The translations under genes were made by a program, and so were the position numbers. A DNA stretch of 64,000 nt from Balanoglossus misakiensis (lineage: Eukaryota > Animalia > Hemichordata): the NCBI GenBank assembly GCA_040954595.2, contig CM082592.2, positions 12,065,696 through 12,129,695 of the forward strand, in the 5' to 3' direction. Below the pieces are notes generated by a model that worked only from the letters and a program-made list of their open reading frames with translations, ran no database searches and had not been told where the DNA came from. Position 1 is the first letter of the stretch. The number at the start of each line of letters is the position of its first letter. Below are positions 1-10,180 of this stretch, one piece after another.

Positions 1-3000
1 CATAACAGGGAATGCTTGATGAGGCTGGTTTTTTATTTCCTGCTCACTGAATAGCTGTTTTTTCTGAAGATAAAAATGGGTACCCTGCTGACAGAAATGC
101 GATCGTAAATGGAATTATTTATCAGTATTGGGAGAGGTAAACGAGAAGCATCAGATGTATCTGCAGGGCACGGAGTATGATCCATTATCAGAGAGCACCA
201 GAACGCGTGTAGTTACACGTACGTCAGCCTTCGTGAAATGATAAAGCCTTCAGGACGCACTCGCAGTGCCGCTATTAGAAGCCTTACTTCATTGATTTTT
301 ACGATGGCAAAATTTGAAAATTTCGAGATGCAAAGGTGCCCATTTAGTGCAGCCTCACATGCCCGCAATTCCCCCGTGCACCAGGCTACCAATTTTTCTT
401 CTTTAATAATCGCAATCATTACTGCGAAGTGTTTTTCCCCTCTTATGCAAAGCACTTGAAGGATTTTTTTTTGACCTCGATAAATTTATGAATTTTCATC
501 CAAGTGGTGCATTATGACACTTGACCTCTCCACAGAGTGAGTAGCAGATGGCATCACTGTATATGCCTGAATTAAATCACAACATTTTAGGTGCTGTTCA
601 AACCAAATAATATCTGTATTGTTTAACATATGATTATTGTAAAATGGAACATCTTGAGGGTTAGCAAAAGATGAAAACAATTATGTTAAAAATTACTCTT
701 TTATAAAATGTTAGGTACTGGTAACTGCTTTATTGTAAAACACACGTACAGACAACTAAACCCATTAGAAGGGAGTAAGAGTGTTATTTGTTGGGCATCA
801 CCATTAGTGATATGAACTGAGGCAGTTGTCACCTAGCTGGTGCATCCATTAGTTGAAATCCATCACAAACCCTGAAGAAAACTTAAGTTTTCTCAGGAGA
901 AAAAGACAACACCCTGAACACACACTGATTAGTCAGAGTAATAATATGACATTCAAATTGTATGACCAGTAGGTGACTTTTTAAGTTAATCTGAAAAGAA
1001 AAAGAATATTACAGCAGATACCCTGTGTGAGAAAATATGAGTTCTACTCCAGCACTGATAATCTCAAAGCTATTTCTGAAAGGTGATTGTTCACATGTAA
1101 AATGATGTTTAGGAGTGCTTTTAGCTGTTAAAAGATCAAGGCAGAGTGATAGAAAGGCTAATGTGCATGTGAGATGTCGCCTTCTTGAAGTGTGATTTAA
1201 TGGTTGTGCTGATTGGCTCAGTGAGCCTTGTTGCATTAATATGACTGCATTAGCCAATCAGAGATGACCTTGTGTATGCTTTCATACAGAAGAATTGTTT
1301 TCCAGAAATCTAATGGAATTATTAGCTCTGAAATAATTCACTTGAAAAAAACAGCAACCAGCATTTCCTGTGCTGTTGTGATATTGGCAAACAGAATCCT
1401 CAGATTCCAGGAACAAGTCATACAAATTTTCAGCATCATGAAAATGAATATAGAGAGATGAAGTCAGGAAAGGATTGGTATGGCTTCAGTCTGGATATGT
1501 ATTCTCCGAATTAGAAAGCCTAGCTCCTCTCAATAAACAGGAAGATAGTATATTCTCATGTTTCAAAAATTGAGGACACAGCTACGTTAATCTGCACCAT
1601 TTTGTGTGATTATTGGCATCAAAGACAATTGCATCATCTGCAGATCTAGAGAAGAAGCTGAAATAATGACACTTTTTGACAACAGGGAAATTTGTACATG
1701 TATAGTCATGAATTCCGTCAGCAAAGCCAGTTGTGTGATATTTTCTGCCTCTTTAGTTTTGACCTGAGATCAGCATCCCCAAGCGGTTAGCAGGCTTGCT
1801 GTCGGTAATGAAGCTTATTTTGTTGTTTTGGAGATGATTTGTGAAAAAGACCAGATAGGATCATAAGCATCCCCGGATTTTTATGTGAGGAGGAAGTCTG
1901 CATAAGCTCTGTAAATTGATAATCTCTATTAAATAGCCAGGGTTGTTAGTTCTTGCTTTGTGTGGTTATTAACAGTTTTTTTCACAGAAAGTAAACAGGA
2001 ACTATGTGTTCCAAATTGATGCCACTTGTGGACACATTTCATTTTGTGTTAAATGATTTCCACACACCGTTATTCATAGCAAAAATACCCTGTTTTTCCA
2101 CCGATTCATTTTAAGGCCTGCCCACCAACCCACTGCTAATTCCATATGCCCCCTGGATAAATTCCGAAAGTAAGCCGTCTCCATTTTGCCGGACACTGCT
2201 GCTTAAATTACTTTGAAATAGCAATTTTCAGCATGATTTGGTTTGAAATCGCCACCGCCATGATCCCACCTCTTGAAGGCCAGTTAAAAGGAGACGAATG
2301 GAGAGAGGGGGGAAAGAGAAAGAAAATCCCCCTTGTATCAATCAAGATCACCAAGAGCAGAATAAATTGTCTCCTTATAGCAGCAGTGAAACTGTATCTA
2401 CCAGCTGTAAGGAATGCAGCAAGCCTTTTGTCTGCTTCCTTTGGATTTCATGCTCCTTTGTGAGGGATATTGTTACACCACTAGGTTTTATCAATTATCC
2501 TTGGCACAAAATCCAACTCGGATCCGTTCAGATGCTGTAATAAAACTGTGATGCCAGCTGAATTCGCTATAAATCAAACCTTAACATCATTTTAGTATAT
2601 CTCTTTAGCTGTTCGCATAGTACTAGTAGGCAAGAAGTATATGTGTATAATATGTATGATTATTTTTTTTATTTTATCATGTCAAAAGTTAGGCAAAATG
2701 TTTATTATCGGTATTACTATTACTCTATTTTACACCACAGTCTTGCAAATTTCAAAAGCCTGATATTTTGTTGGTAACTTTATGTTAGAGTAGATTTTCT
2801 GTTTTCCCAATACCTTAGTTCTTAATACTTCTTTAGGAGGCTTATCCAGCCAGATTTTGCTCTTTTTTGCACACCGCACATCCTCAGGTGATGTACTCTA
2901 CGCTTAAACCTGATGATACTATGCAAGATTTACCTAGAAGCTTAGCGTATTTGCTCACAGCAAGATGAGACAAGACGATACAAACTCTGTAATGAACTAC

Positions 3001-3010
3001 CGAGTACACT

Positions 3011-3154
3011 TTAAAGGCATACAGTCACCTATGGAAATTTATCCACAGTTACCATGGAAAGTTGACATCTAGCCAATCACAGATTTTCAGTGGGTGGCTC
3101 TGCAAAAAAAGTGCCATCACATGTTCTTCAGAAGGCTGAGACATGCCCTTTTAA
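3011..3154. mobile_element. Possible small TTAA-flanked MITE remnant (T2/Kolobok-like ends)
   Basis: Begins TTAA-AGGCAT and ends ATGCCCTT-TTAA, an imperfect terminal inverted repeat with TTAA at both ends. Only one copy seen in the window. Confidence 0.3.
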
Positions 3155-3249
3155 CCATACATGAGTATGTTTTCAAATACAGTACCAGCAGAGTGCAGGT
3201 TTTTCACCAAAATGTATTTTTTTAAAAGCTTGTGTTCTTTCTCTCACAG

Positions 3250-3475
3250 CGTACCAGTACTTTGCCATCACAGATGACCTCCCTGGCCACAGAGTTTCCA
3301 CCAGCAGTGTCTCCTACTGCTACAGTAACAACAGGCGTGGTGCCAGCGCCTTCTTCAAGCAGTGACATGTCAGCCTCTTTAATGCTCAACAAACCCAAAA
3401 CTCACATCTGTAAAACCTGTGGCAAAGCATTCGCCAAGAGTAGCACGTTGACGTCTCACATCAGAATTCATACAG
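3250..3475 (+). CDS. C2H2 zinc-finger protein, first visible coding exon (S/T/P-rich linker plus finger 1); upstream exons not identified
   Basis: Acceptor ttctttctctcacag|CGT (phase 0) and donor ACAG|gtaat (phase 1). Encodes ...[25 protein letters not shown], a canonical C-x2-C-x12-H-x3-H finger with the start of a TGEKP linker. Confidence 0.9.
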
Positions 3476-4295
3476 GTAATAACAATGAAATCATTAGTAC
3501 ATTTTTAATACCCCGTCATTGGTTTGGTCGAATCGCATGGAAGATTTGAACCAGTATACTGAGAAATGGGTCGGGGCCATATATGTCAACTAGACAACTG
3601 GATTTCTAGAACATCTGTTGCAGTTCCATGTCCTCGATTTCTTCCTGTTACCAGATGTTCAATGTTCAGTCACAGATGACCCTGTGGTCATGATTTATAA
3701 ATGAAGCAACATATCTAGATCAGAGATAAGTTGTCCTGAGAATCATTTTGAGATGAGCAAAGTTGATATTGAAATGTTGCATTTTAAAATGTTACCTCAG
3801 GGGAGAGGGAAGTTGTGTTGTGTTTCCTGGAAAGTGTGTTTGATTTGCCGTTGAAATCACAGAGGGAAAGTAACCCTGCAGGCTAAAGCTGAGATACATG
3901 AAAGCCTTTTTGTAGTGCTGTAGAAATGGAAGTATTGGCCCCAGGATAGACAGTTGCCTGTCATCATCCTGTCAGCCTTTTACTGTTGAACTTCCGTCAA
4001 TTTGCAGAGATTAAATATGTTCACTTGAAACATTCTCACTGGCAGTTTCACTCACAATTTTGAATTGGGACTATGTTGATCATAAAAATGATCGCCTCAA
4101 TTTAGTAAAAGATCCTCCTCTTTTTGAAACGTGCACAACAGAACTGATTGTCCATTCCTTCAGAGGCCCTTTCCATACCTGCACAACAGTTCCTACAATA
4201 GGACTGAATGGACCTACTCTGGGATGAAATGTTGCACGTAGAGTTATGAGATAAATCATTGTGAAGTTTGTTTATTCTTTTTTTTTTCATTTCAG

Positions 4296-4379
4296 GAGAG
4301 AAGCCATTTTGTTGTGAATTGTGTTCTGCCAAATTTAGTCGATTATCAACCCTGAAATACCACATGATGGTTCACAAAG
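4296..4379 (+). CDS. C2H2 zinc-finger protein, 84-bp exon (finger 2)
   Basis: Acceptor poly-T...ttcag|GA and donor AAAG|gtaaag. Translates (G)EKPFCCELCSAKFSRLSTLKYHMMVHK; phase 1-1, exactly one 28-aa finger. Not in the ORF track on this strand. Confidence 0.92.
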
Positions 4380-4570
4380 GTAAAGTTGTCATAGGTTTTC
4401 TTTTGTGCTAGGTTCAAAATGTTAATTCTGTAACTGTAGATGCTGTGTTGTTGTGATTTTTACTTGCTGCATGGCCAGAATAAAAATAAATATGAATATT
4501 TAATGTTGCATCAGTTCCTCCGGTGTCAGCCATATTTCGCACTGATCTATCTCGACTGTGTTGATTTCAG

Positions 4571-4654
4571 GGGAGACCAAATACAAATGTGAAGTCTGTG
4601 GAAAACACTTTCGTCATCTGAGCCACTACAAAGACCATTCCAGAATACATTCAG
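4571..4654 (+). CDS. C2H2 zinc-finger protein, 84-bp exon (finger 3)
   Basis: Acceptor gatttcag|GG and donor TCAG|gtacat. Translates (G)ETKYKCEVCGKHFRHLSHYKDHSRIHS; phase 1-1. Confidence 0.92.
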
Positions 4655-5006
4655 GTACATGTATTTCATTTTCAGTCTGTACTTCTTTTAGCTCTTGTAC
4701 ATGTTTGTGGAGATCTTTCCTTGTCATCAGGTGGCACCACACAGCACCATGTCATGAAAACATGTCAGCTACTTCCTGCAGGCAGAGCCATGATTATTAT
4801 AAAACTGAAAGTCCAAGCAACAGTAAACAAGTTAAAACATGAATGATGCTATGCTAGTATATACCGGGGTACACCCTAGGGCTGTCTGTGACTGACTAAC
4901 TCGCACATTCAGGTGTTAAATTTGTGATACCTTTATTTCACATGAGTAATTATTATTTTGCAAGAATTGACTGATGAGAAAAATTCATTACTTTTTCTGA
5001 AAACAG

Positions 5007-5803
5007 GGGAGAAGAAACATCACTGTGAGATTTGTGGGAAGCAATTTGGAAGGGTAGGACATTACAAAGATCATCTCCGAATCCATACAGGAGAGAAACC
5101 CTTCAATTGCAGTATTTGCAATAAAGCATTCTCACAAAGGTCTGGCATGAAGTACCACATGCACAAAGAACATGGCGTATCCACTTCCAAAGATGCTGAT
5201 CAGCGGATGACGTTCTTACACAGTCCTGGCAGTCGGATGTACTCTCTGGGCATGGACACTGATGAGGAGAAAGAAGCGGTTGCCAGGGGCTCCCCAGCAA
5301 CCAGTGCATCTTCATCTTCTGGATGTGATGCGTCAGGGAGCAAAGATGACGAGGAGGATGAGAGTGATGACGCAGAGGAGGAAGAGAATTGCCATGGGGA
5401 TGATGATGAAAATGATGTCAAACAGGAAGTAAGCAATGAGGAAATTGACGAAGATACCCAAAGATGTTCTGGAGAAGAAAATGATACTGAAAAAAGAAGC
5501 AATCAAGAATCCAGCCGGGATAATGCAAGAGATAATAAAGTCTCTTCTGAGAAGCAGTCCTTACTGAGAAAAGCCCTGAGCGAGCCTCTACCAATGCTTG
5601 GCGTAGACACTCCAGTGTCACGCTCAAAGAGCACAGCTCGGAACAGAGACACCACAGTTGAAAGCACAGAAACAAATGGTGATTCCAATTCTGCCTACTT
5701 CTCTGAAGAGATTTCCAAAGATTTTGGTGATGTCCCTTTGCCATTGCCAGCAAATGACGCACCACTTGTTCACCCAGTATTGCAAGAGTACACAACATTT
5801 TAA
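5007..5803 (+). CDS. C2H2 zinc-finger protein, terminal exon (fingers 4-5 plus acidic low-complexity tail)
   Basis: Acceptor ctgaaaacag|GG. Encodes CEICGKQFGRVGHYKDHLRIH-TGEKP-FNCSICNKAFSQRSGMKYHMHKEH, then a D/E/S-rich region; TAA at 5801-5803. Confidence 0.92.
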
Positions 5804-6171
5804 TCACAAATTACTTTTCAAAATACATGTAAGATTATGATTGTTGATTTCTCTACATATATCGCTAAGGATTATTCACACCCATATCATGCCAAAATAG
5901 AAGATTAGTTTATTTTTTGTAAAGATTGTGTATGATATGTTATAGAGCACTGAAGATTGGCGGCCATCATGTTTCACCGCATAGTAATTAGTAGCGCCAC
6001 CAATGGGAGTATGTACAGTGCTTTTGTTTTGTTTTTGAAAAAATGGTGTTTGTGGATGTGATCAACCATATGGATCAACAGATGACAAGGTGTACATTTT
6101 AAAACTTTTTATTTCTTATATATTATCTACAGGAAGTATAAAATGTCAGTTATATTTACTTCAAATGATGT

Positions 6172-6177
6172 AATAAA
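6172..6177 (+). promoter_or_regulatory. Candidate polyadenylation signal of the zinc-finger gene
   Basis: AATAAA ~370 bp after the stop codon, in an AT-rich 3'UTR-like stretch. Confidence 0.45.
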
Positions 6178-6566
6178 GTCTTTCTGTCACCAATGACATC
6201 ATATTTTTAGGTCAAAATTATTCCTAACTGTTTTCAAAAATAAAAATATATATGGAAAGTTATGGGTAAAACATTCTAAAAGATGTCTTGAAGACTGAAT
6301 GGTTCCTATTAAAGTTTCCAACACGAGATCACATATCTGTAAACCTGTCAAGGTGACATGTGATCCTTGTCTGACGTTGTGCATAGATATATAAAACAGG
6401 TATGAATATTCATCAGTCCGACACCAATAGTAATAAATACAAAACAAATAGGGCTTTTAAAAGCTGCCTTCCTATTGGAGCTAAACAATAAGCATACCAA
6501 AGAACATAGCCAATCAGCAGAAAGTGCAGCTGTGTGTCTTCAAAATTAGTGTCACATACGAAATAC

Positions 6567-6572
6567 TTTATT
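6567..6572 (-). promoter_or_regulatory. Candidate polyadenylation signal of the EMI-collagen gene
   Basis: tttatt on + (AATAAA on -), ~470 bp downstream of the stop at 7041. Confidence 0.35.
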
Positions 6573-7040
6573 GGGTCAAAGCATTTGGTGAAGGGGTTTA
6601 CATCATTTAAAGACAACATATTGTAAGTCTGCTAAGACGAAATGGTGGCGTCAGCATTAGTTTTTTTTTTTCATTTGATTGTATCTCAAAAAAATCTTCA
6701 TGATAGAATCAAAGTGATGGTCGCAAATAGACAAATACATGCATGTATATCCCTTCAAGCAGCTATTGTTTTTGAAATAGCTGTGTCATCCTTTAGTAAG
6801 CCCAAACGCGTATACATAGCGTGCGTAAGTTATAAAAAATATGGTCTTGCAAGGTTGCGCCTGTTTGAAAGAGTGATTGATCGCAACATCCCCGAGAAAA
6901 GTCTATCCGTTTTACGGCGCCAACACTTTGTGCAAAACGTCCTGTTTTTGACCGTTACGTCGTCCAGAGTTTTAGAAAATATAATCAAGTTTGGTATTCT
7001 CGAAGAATTGGCACCTGCATCATGTTCAAAACGCCGGCCG

Positions 7041-7240
7041 TTAATTTGGTATAAGTGAGGGACCTCCTAAAGTCGGTGGTGGTCGTGGTGGACCACCAGG
7101 CGATCTGCCTGGACCAGCGTCTGGTGGTACACCGGGGGATCCCACATCAGGATGTGGTATTCCAGGTGATCCAGACTTTTTCAAGTCAAAATCTCCAGAT
7201 GGGCCTTCCATGTTGTCATCTGTAGAAAATTTGTAGAGGT
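7041..7240 (-). CDS. EMI-domain collagen (EMID1/COL26A1-like), exon 8 (terminal; Pro/Gly-rich tail)
   Basis: Minus-strand acceptor ttttttacag|AC (phase 1). Encodes (D)LYKFSTDDNMEGPSGDFDLKKSGSPGIPHPDVGSPGVPPDAGPGRSPGGPPRPPPTLGGPSLIPN*. Confidence 0.8.
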
Positions 7241-7386
7241 CTGTAAAAAAACAAAAAACAAAAAACAAATTATATCACCAGGACCTTTCTGTCATTAGCC
7301 TAGTGAAGACTACTGACACAACACCGCGTTATAGTTGTTTGAAGGCGGAGTATTAACCTACGACACAATACACTTAGAGTTCTCAC

Positions 7387-7474
7387 CTTTGAGTCGGACA
7401 AGCTCTTGTTCCACACCTGCAAGTCGCAGTCTGAGATTTGTAATCTCGGCTAATAACAATTTCAGTTCGTCGGG
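7387..7474 (-). CDS. EMI-domain collagen, exon 7 (second coiled coil)
   Basis: Acceptor ttttattcacag|CCC and donor AAAG|gtgag. Encodes PDELKLLLAEITNLRLRLAGVEQELVRLK with heptad Leu periodicity. Phase 0-1 fits both neighbours. Confidence 0.85.
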
Positions 7475-8324
7475 CTGTGAATAAAAGCAAGTGGCGGGTT
7501 ATTGTTATTTCATGAAAACACAACTTTGCAGAATGCCACCCATTAGTGTCCTGGTCTCAATACCTTTATGACCTCGAATGACCTTGCGTTGTAAAAATAT
7601 TAACATTAGAGCCTAACACGTTTGGGTGTTAATTTCCTTGCAAATTTAGTCGTGGTTACGCAGTTATTGTTTTTTCATCGATGGTGGCCGTTTTTCTTAA
7701 GGTGCGCCCCAATCAAGATGGCGGCCATGTCGAGGAAAAAGAAATATGTTCTGATCGTTTCGTGCCAAGTGCGTACGGTGTGAGTTGAGTCGTTCATAAA
7801 TGAATTTAATTCATAGATAAATGTGACCGTACATATCGTGTGAGATTTTATACACGCATATTGAAAAGTAATTTTGTGAAATAACCCCTTTTCTAAAAAT
7901 TTGCAACGATTAGGCAGCAACAAGAGCAATCAATAGTTTCCAAGAAGCGTGACCAGAATGCGAATTATTACTCGACGAAAGTGTGATTGCGTAAATGTAA
8001 TGCGCCCCGGGTACGGAGTGTAATCAGAGACTATCCATTGCATCTGTTTGCACAAATTGCTGCGCTGGGGTTGATGGTGCAAGCATTAGTAAACGGGTAT
8101 GTGGAATTCTTAAACGGGAATTGCCTATGACTGGGTAAAGTTAATGTAGACGAAAGGTAACATAGCCTAGATTTTGAATAAATCCCTGCAGTAAAGGGGT
8201 CGTGCCCGAAAATCTGTCAACACTCACGGGTACACGCATTTCAAAATCGAATTCGTAATGAATTTCTTTGAGACACACTTTCATTATATTTCATGGCAAA
8301 ACGCTCAAACAAGAATATTATTAC

Positions 8325-8413
8325 CGAAATGCCGGGTCTGCCCGTGTCTCCCTTTTCGCCCGGCAGACCAGGAGCACCTGTTCGCCCTGGTGGACCCGGA
8401 ATTCCTGGTGCGC
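8325..8413 (-). CDS. EMI-domain collagen, exon 6 (Gly-X-Y)
   Basis: Acceptor ttttgcacag|GC and donor TCG|gtaat. Encodes GAPGIPGPPGRTGAPGLPGEKGDTGRPGIS (10 triplets); phase 1-0. Confidence 0.9.
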
Positions 8414-8656
8414 CTGTGCAAAAGATACAAATAAAGTTAGAAAATGATACCGACGCCAGGTATCTCATTGAGTCTTCGCCTAAATATTTCAAAATTCATC
8501 ATACTAGTATAAGCTAAACCTTGTCACAAAAGCAGCTTCTAAGAACGGGATCCCTGTAATAAGAAACATGAGTGCATCGATATCGGCACATGTAAATTTT
8601 ATGCCAAGGACGGATTTTATTCTGAATCCACGCGTATTAAAAAATCCCAACAATAC

Positions 8657-8894
8657 CTGGTATGGAATCTCCCGGTAATCCCGGCATTCCCTGCGGTCCT
8701 GGTTGGCCTGGGGGTCCCCGTGGGCCGGGAAGTCCCTGTAAGCCTGGCGATCCAACTAATCCCGGATGACCTTCTGGTAGACCTGGGCGGGCCCTATTCC
8801 CGTTGCTTCCACTCGGGCCATTCATGTGTCTTCCCGTGGGACCTGCTAACGTTGGCCTTTCTGGGCCCTGCGTGCTGGTTTCTGTTAGTTGAAT
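8657..8894 (-). CDS. EMI-domain collagen, exon 5 (linker plus Gly-X-Y)
   Basis: Acceptor catgcacag|ATT and donor CCAG|gtattg. Encodes [14 protein letters not shown]...[38 protein letters not shown]; 238 bp, phase 0-1. Confidence 0.88.
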
Positions 8895-9117
8895 CTGTGC
8901 ATGATGATAAATAAATCAGGTAGATCAGAGGTTGGATGAAAAAAAAAATAGCCACGGAGAATTATATTTCGGTGTTTTATCGCGTGATCGGTGAATCCCC
9001 ACAAACTTGGTGTTATAAAATCTTTTGGTGGTAATTGTACATTTCAACCAAAATAATTCCCCACATCTTTACATTGTTTTTCCGCAGATGCGAATTGGAT
9101 TGGTTGACCTAACTTAC

Positions 9118-9170
9118 CAGATGTTCTACCCTACTTTCTAAGTCCTCTATCCTCGAACAATTCAAGCATT
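9118..9170 (-). CDS. EMI-domain collagen, exon 4 (CxxC plus coiled coil)
   Basis: Acceptor ctttccacag|AA and donor CTG|gtaagt. Encodes (E)CLNCSRIEDLESRVEHL, resembling the CLNC-coiled-coil segment that follows the EMI domain in EMID1/COL26A1. 53 bp, phase 1-0. Confidence 0.88.
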
Positions 9171-9562
9171 CTGTGGAAAGAGGGAAGGATAGACAACCAA
9201 TCAACTTAAGTTCCTGTAACTATGGAGCAGGCAGGTAAAGATTTATTTTGCCTTTTTAAAGTGCGTGTCACTCTTTATTCTGCAAGATCGCACCGAAAAC
9301 CTTGCACTTGGTATACCGGTAACACCTGCAATCTTTCAACTGGGCCAGGCATCGATTCCAATGGCGCCCTCTATCCTTCTACTGAGCCAATACATTATGT
9401 TCACGTGTTTCTCGCTGCGACTACTGGTATACCAGAGACCTTGCGCTTGCCTATAGATGAAACATGTTGAAAGAAGTTGTGCAAAATTTCCAATGAACAC
9501 CCGTTCAATACTGAGATTTACACTTTTGCCAAAAGATTTCCATGGGAATGATGAGTACTTAC

Positions 9563-9660
9563 CTTCCTCACAATTTGGTCCCTTGAAACCCGGACAACAT
9601 CTCATTTCTTTGTTTCGAACTGTTTTAAATTCTATTCTATAAATAGGACGAAACATAACT
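9563..9660 (-). CDS. EMI-domain collagen, exon 3 (C-terminal half of EMI domain)
   Basis: Acceptor tacttttcag|A and donor GAAG|gtaagt. Encodes (R)VMFRPIYRIEFKTVRNKEMRCCPGFKGPNCEE with the EMI signature RCCPG(F/Y)xGxxC. Confidence 0.93.
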
Positions 9661-10024
9661 CTGAAAAGTACAAGGAAGGGAAGGAGCACGCACGGGTTAG
9701 TTTTTGTGCGCGGAACATCTCGGAACAAACTGAGTGCAAATATCGATATTTCAACGTTAGTGGCATGTCCTCGCACTTCAAAGCGTTACTTGACGAAGCC
9801 GGGTGAAATTGCTGTCGGTCGGTCACCAAAACAACACTGAGCATTTACACGAAGTAGACCCTTCAAATCGAGCTCTGTAGAAATGATAGTGGGTTATTCC
9901 ACGCTGCAACTGCATCGTGTTCACAGCCAATTAGGCTGAAATCTCACGTGACAAGTCATCGTTTGTCCCTGGTGCGTCTCATTGCAAATCGAAAGCGATT
10001 GGCGTCAATTCAAGAGTCACTCAC

Positions 10025-10180
10025 CTAAAGGAATTCCCACAATTTCTTTCATGCGAGGAGTATGGCGGGTTTAATTTATAATTACACCAGGCTGGTTTCA
10101 CTTTTTCCACATACATTTCTGTGCCGTTTCGAACTTGACACGAAACATGTTTCGTTACAGTATGTTCACACCAGTTGTCC
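10025..10180 (-). CDS. EMI-domain collagen, exon 2 (N-terminal half of EMI domain)
   Basis: Acceptor poly-T...attag|G and donor TTTAG|gtgagt. Encodes (R)DNWCEHTVTKHVSCQVRNGTEMYVEKVKPAWCNYKLNPPYSSHERNCGNSF(R) with the EMI NWC-x9-C...NGT pattern. 156 bp, phase 2-2; not in the ORF track. Confidence 0.93.

Noticed and set aside
1-3249. Upstream exons of the zinc-finger gene
   Set aside because: No supported exon was found. The region is probably intron, with the 5' end of the gene outside the window.
9336-9776. 146-aa ORF as a single CDS
   Set aside because: Only 9563-9660 is exon; the rest is intronic read-through bounded by clear splice sites.
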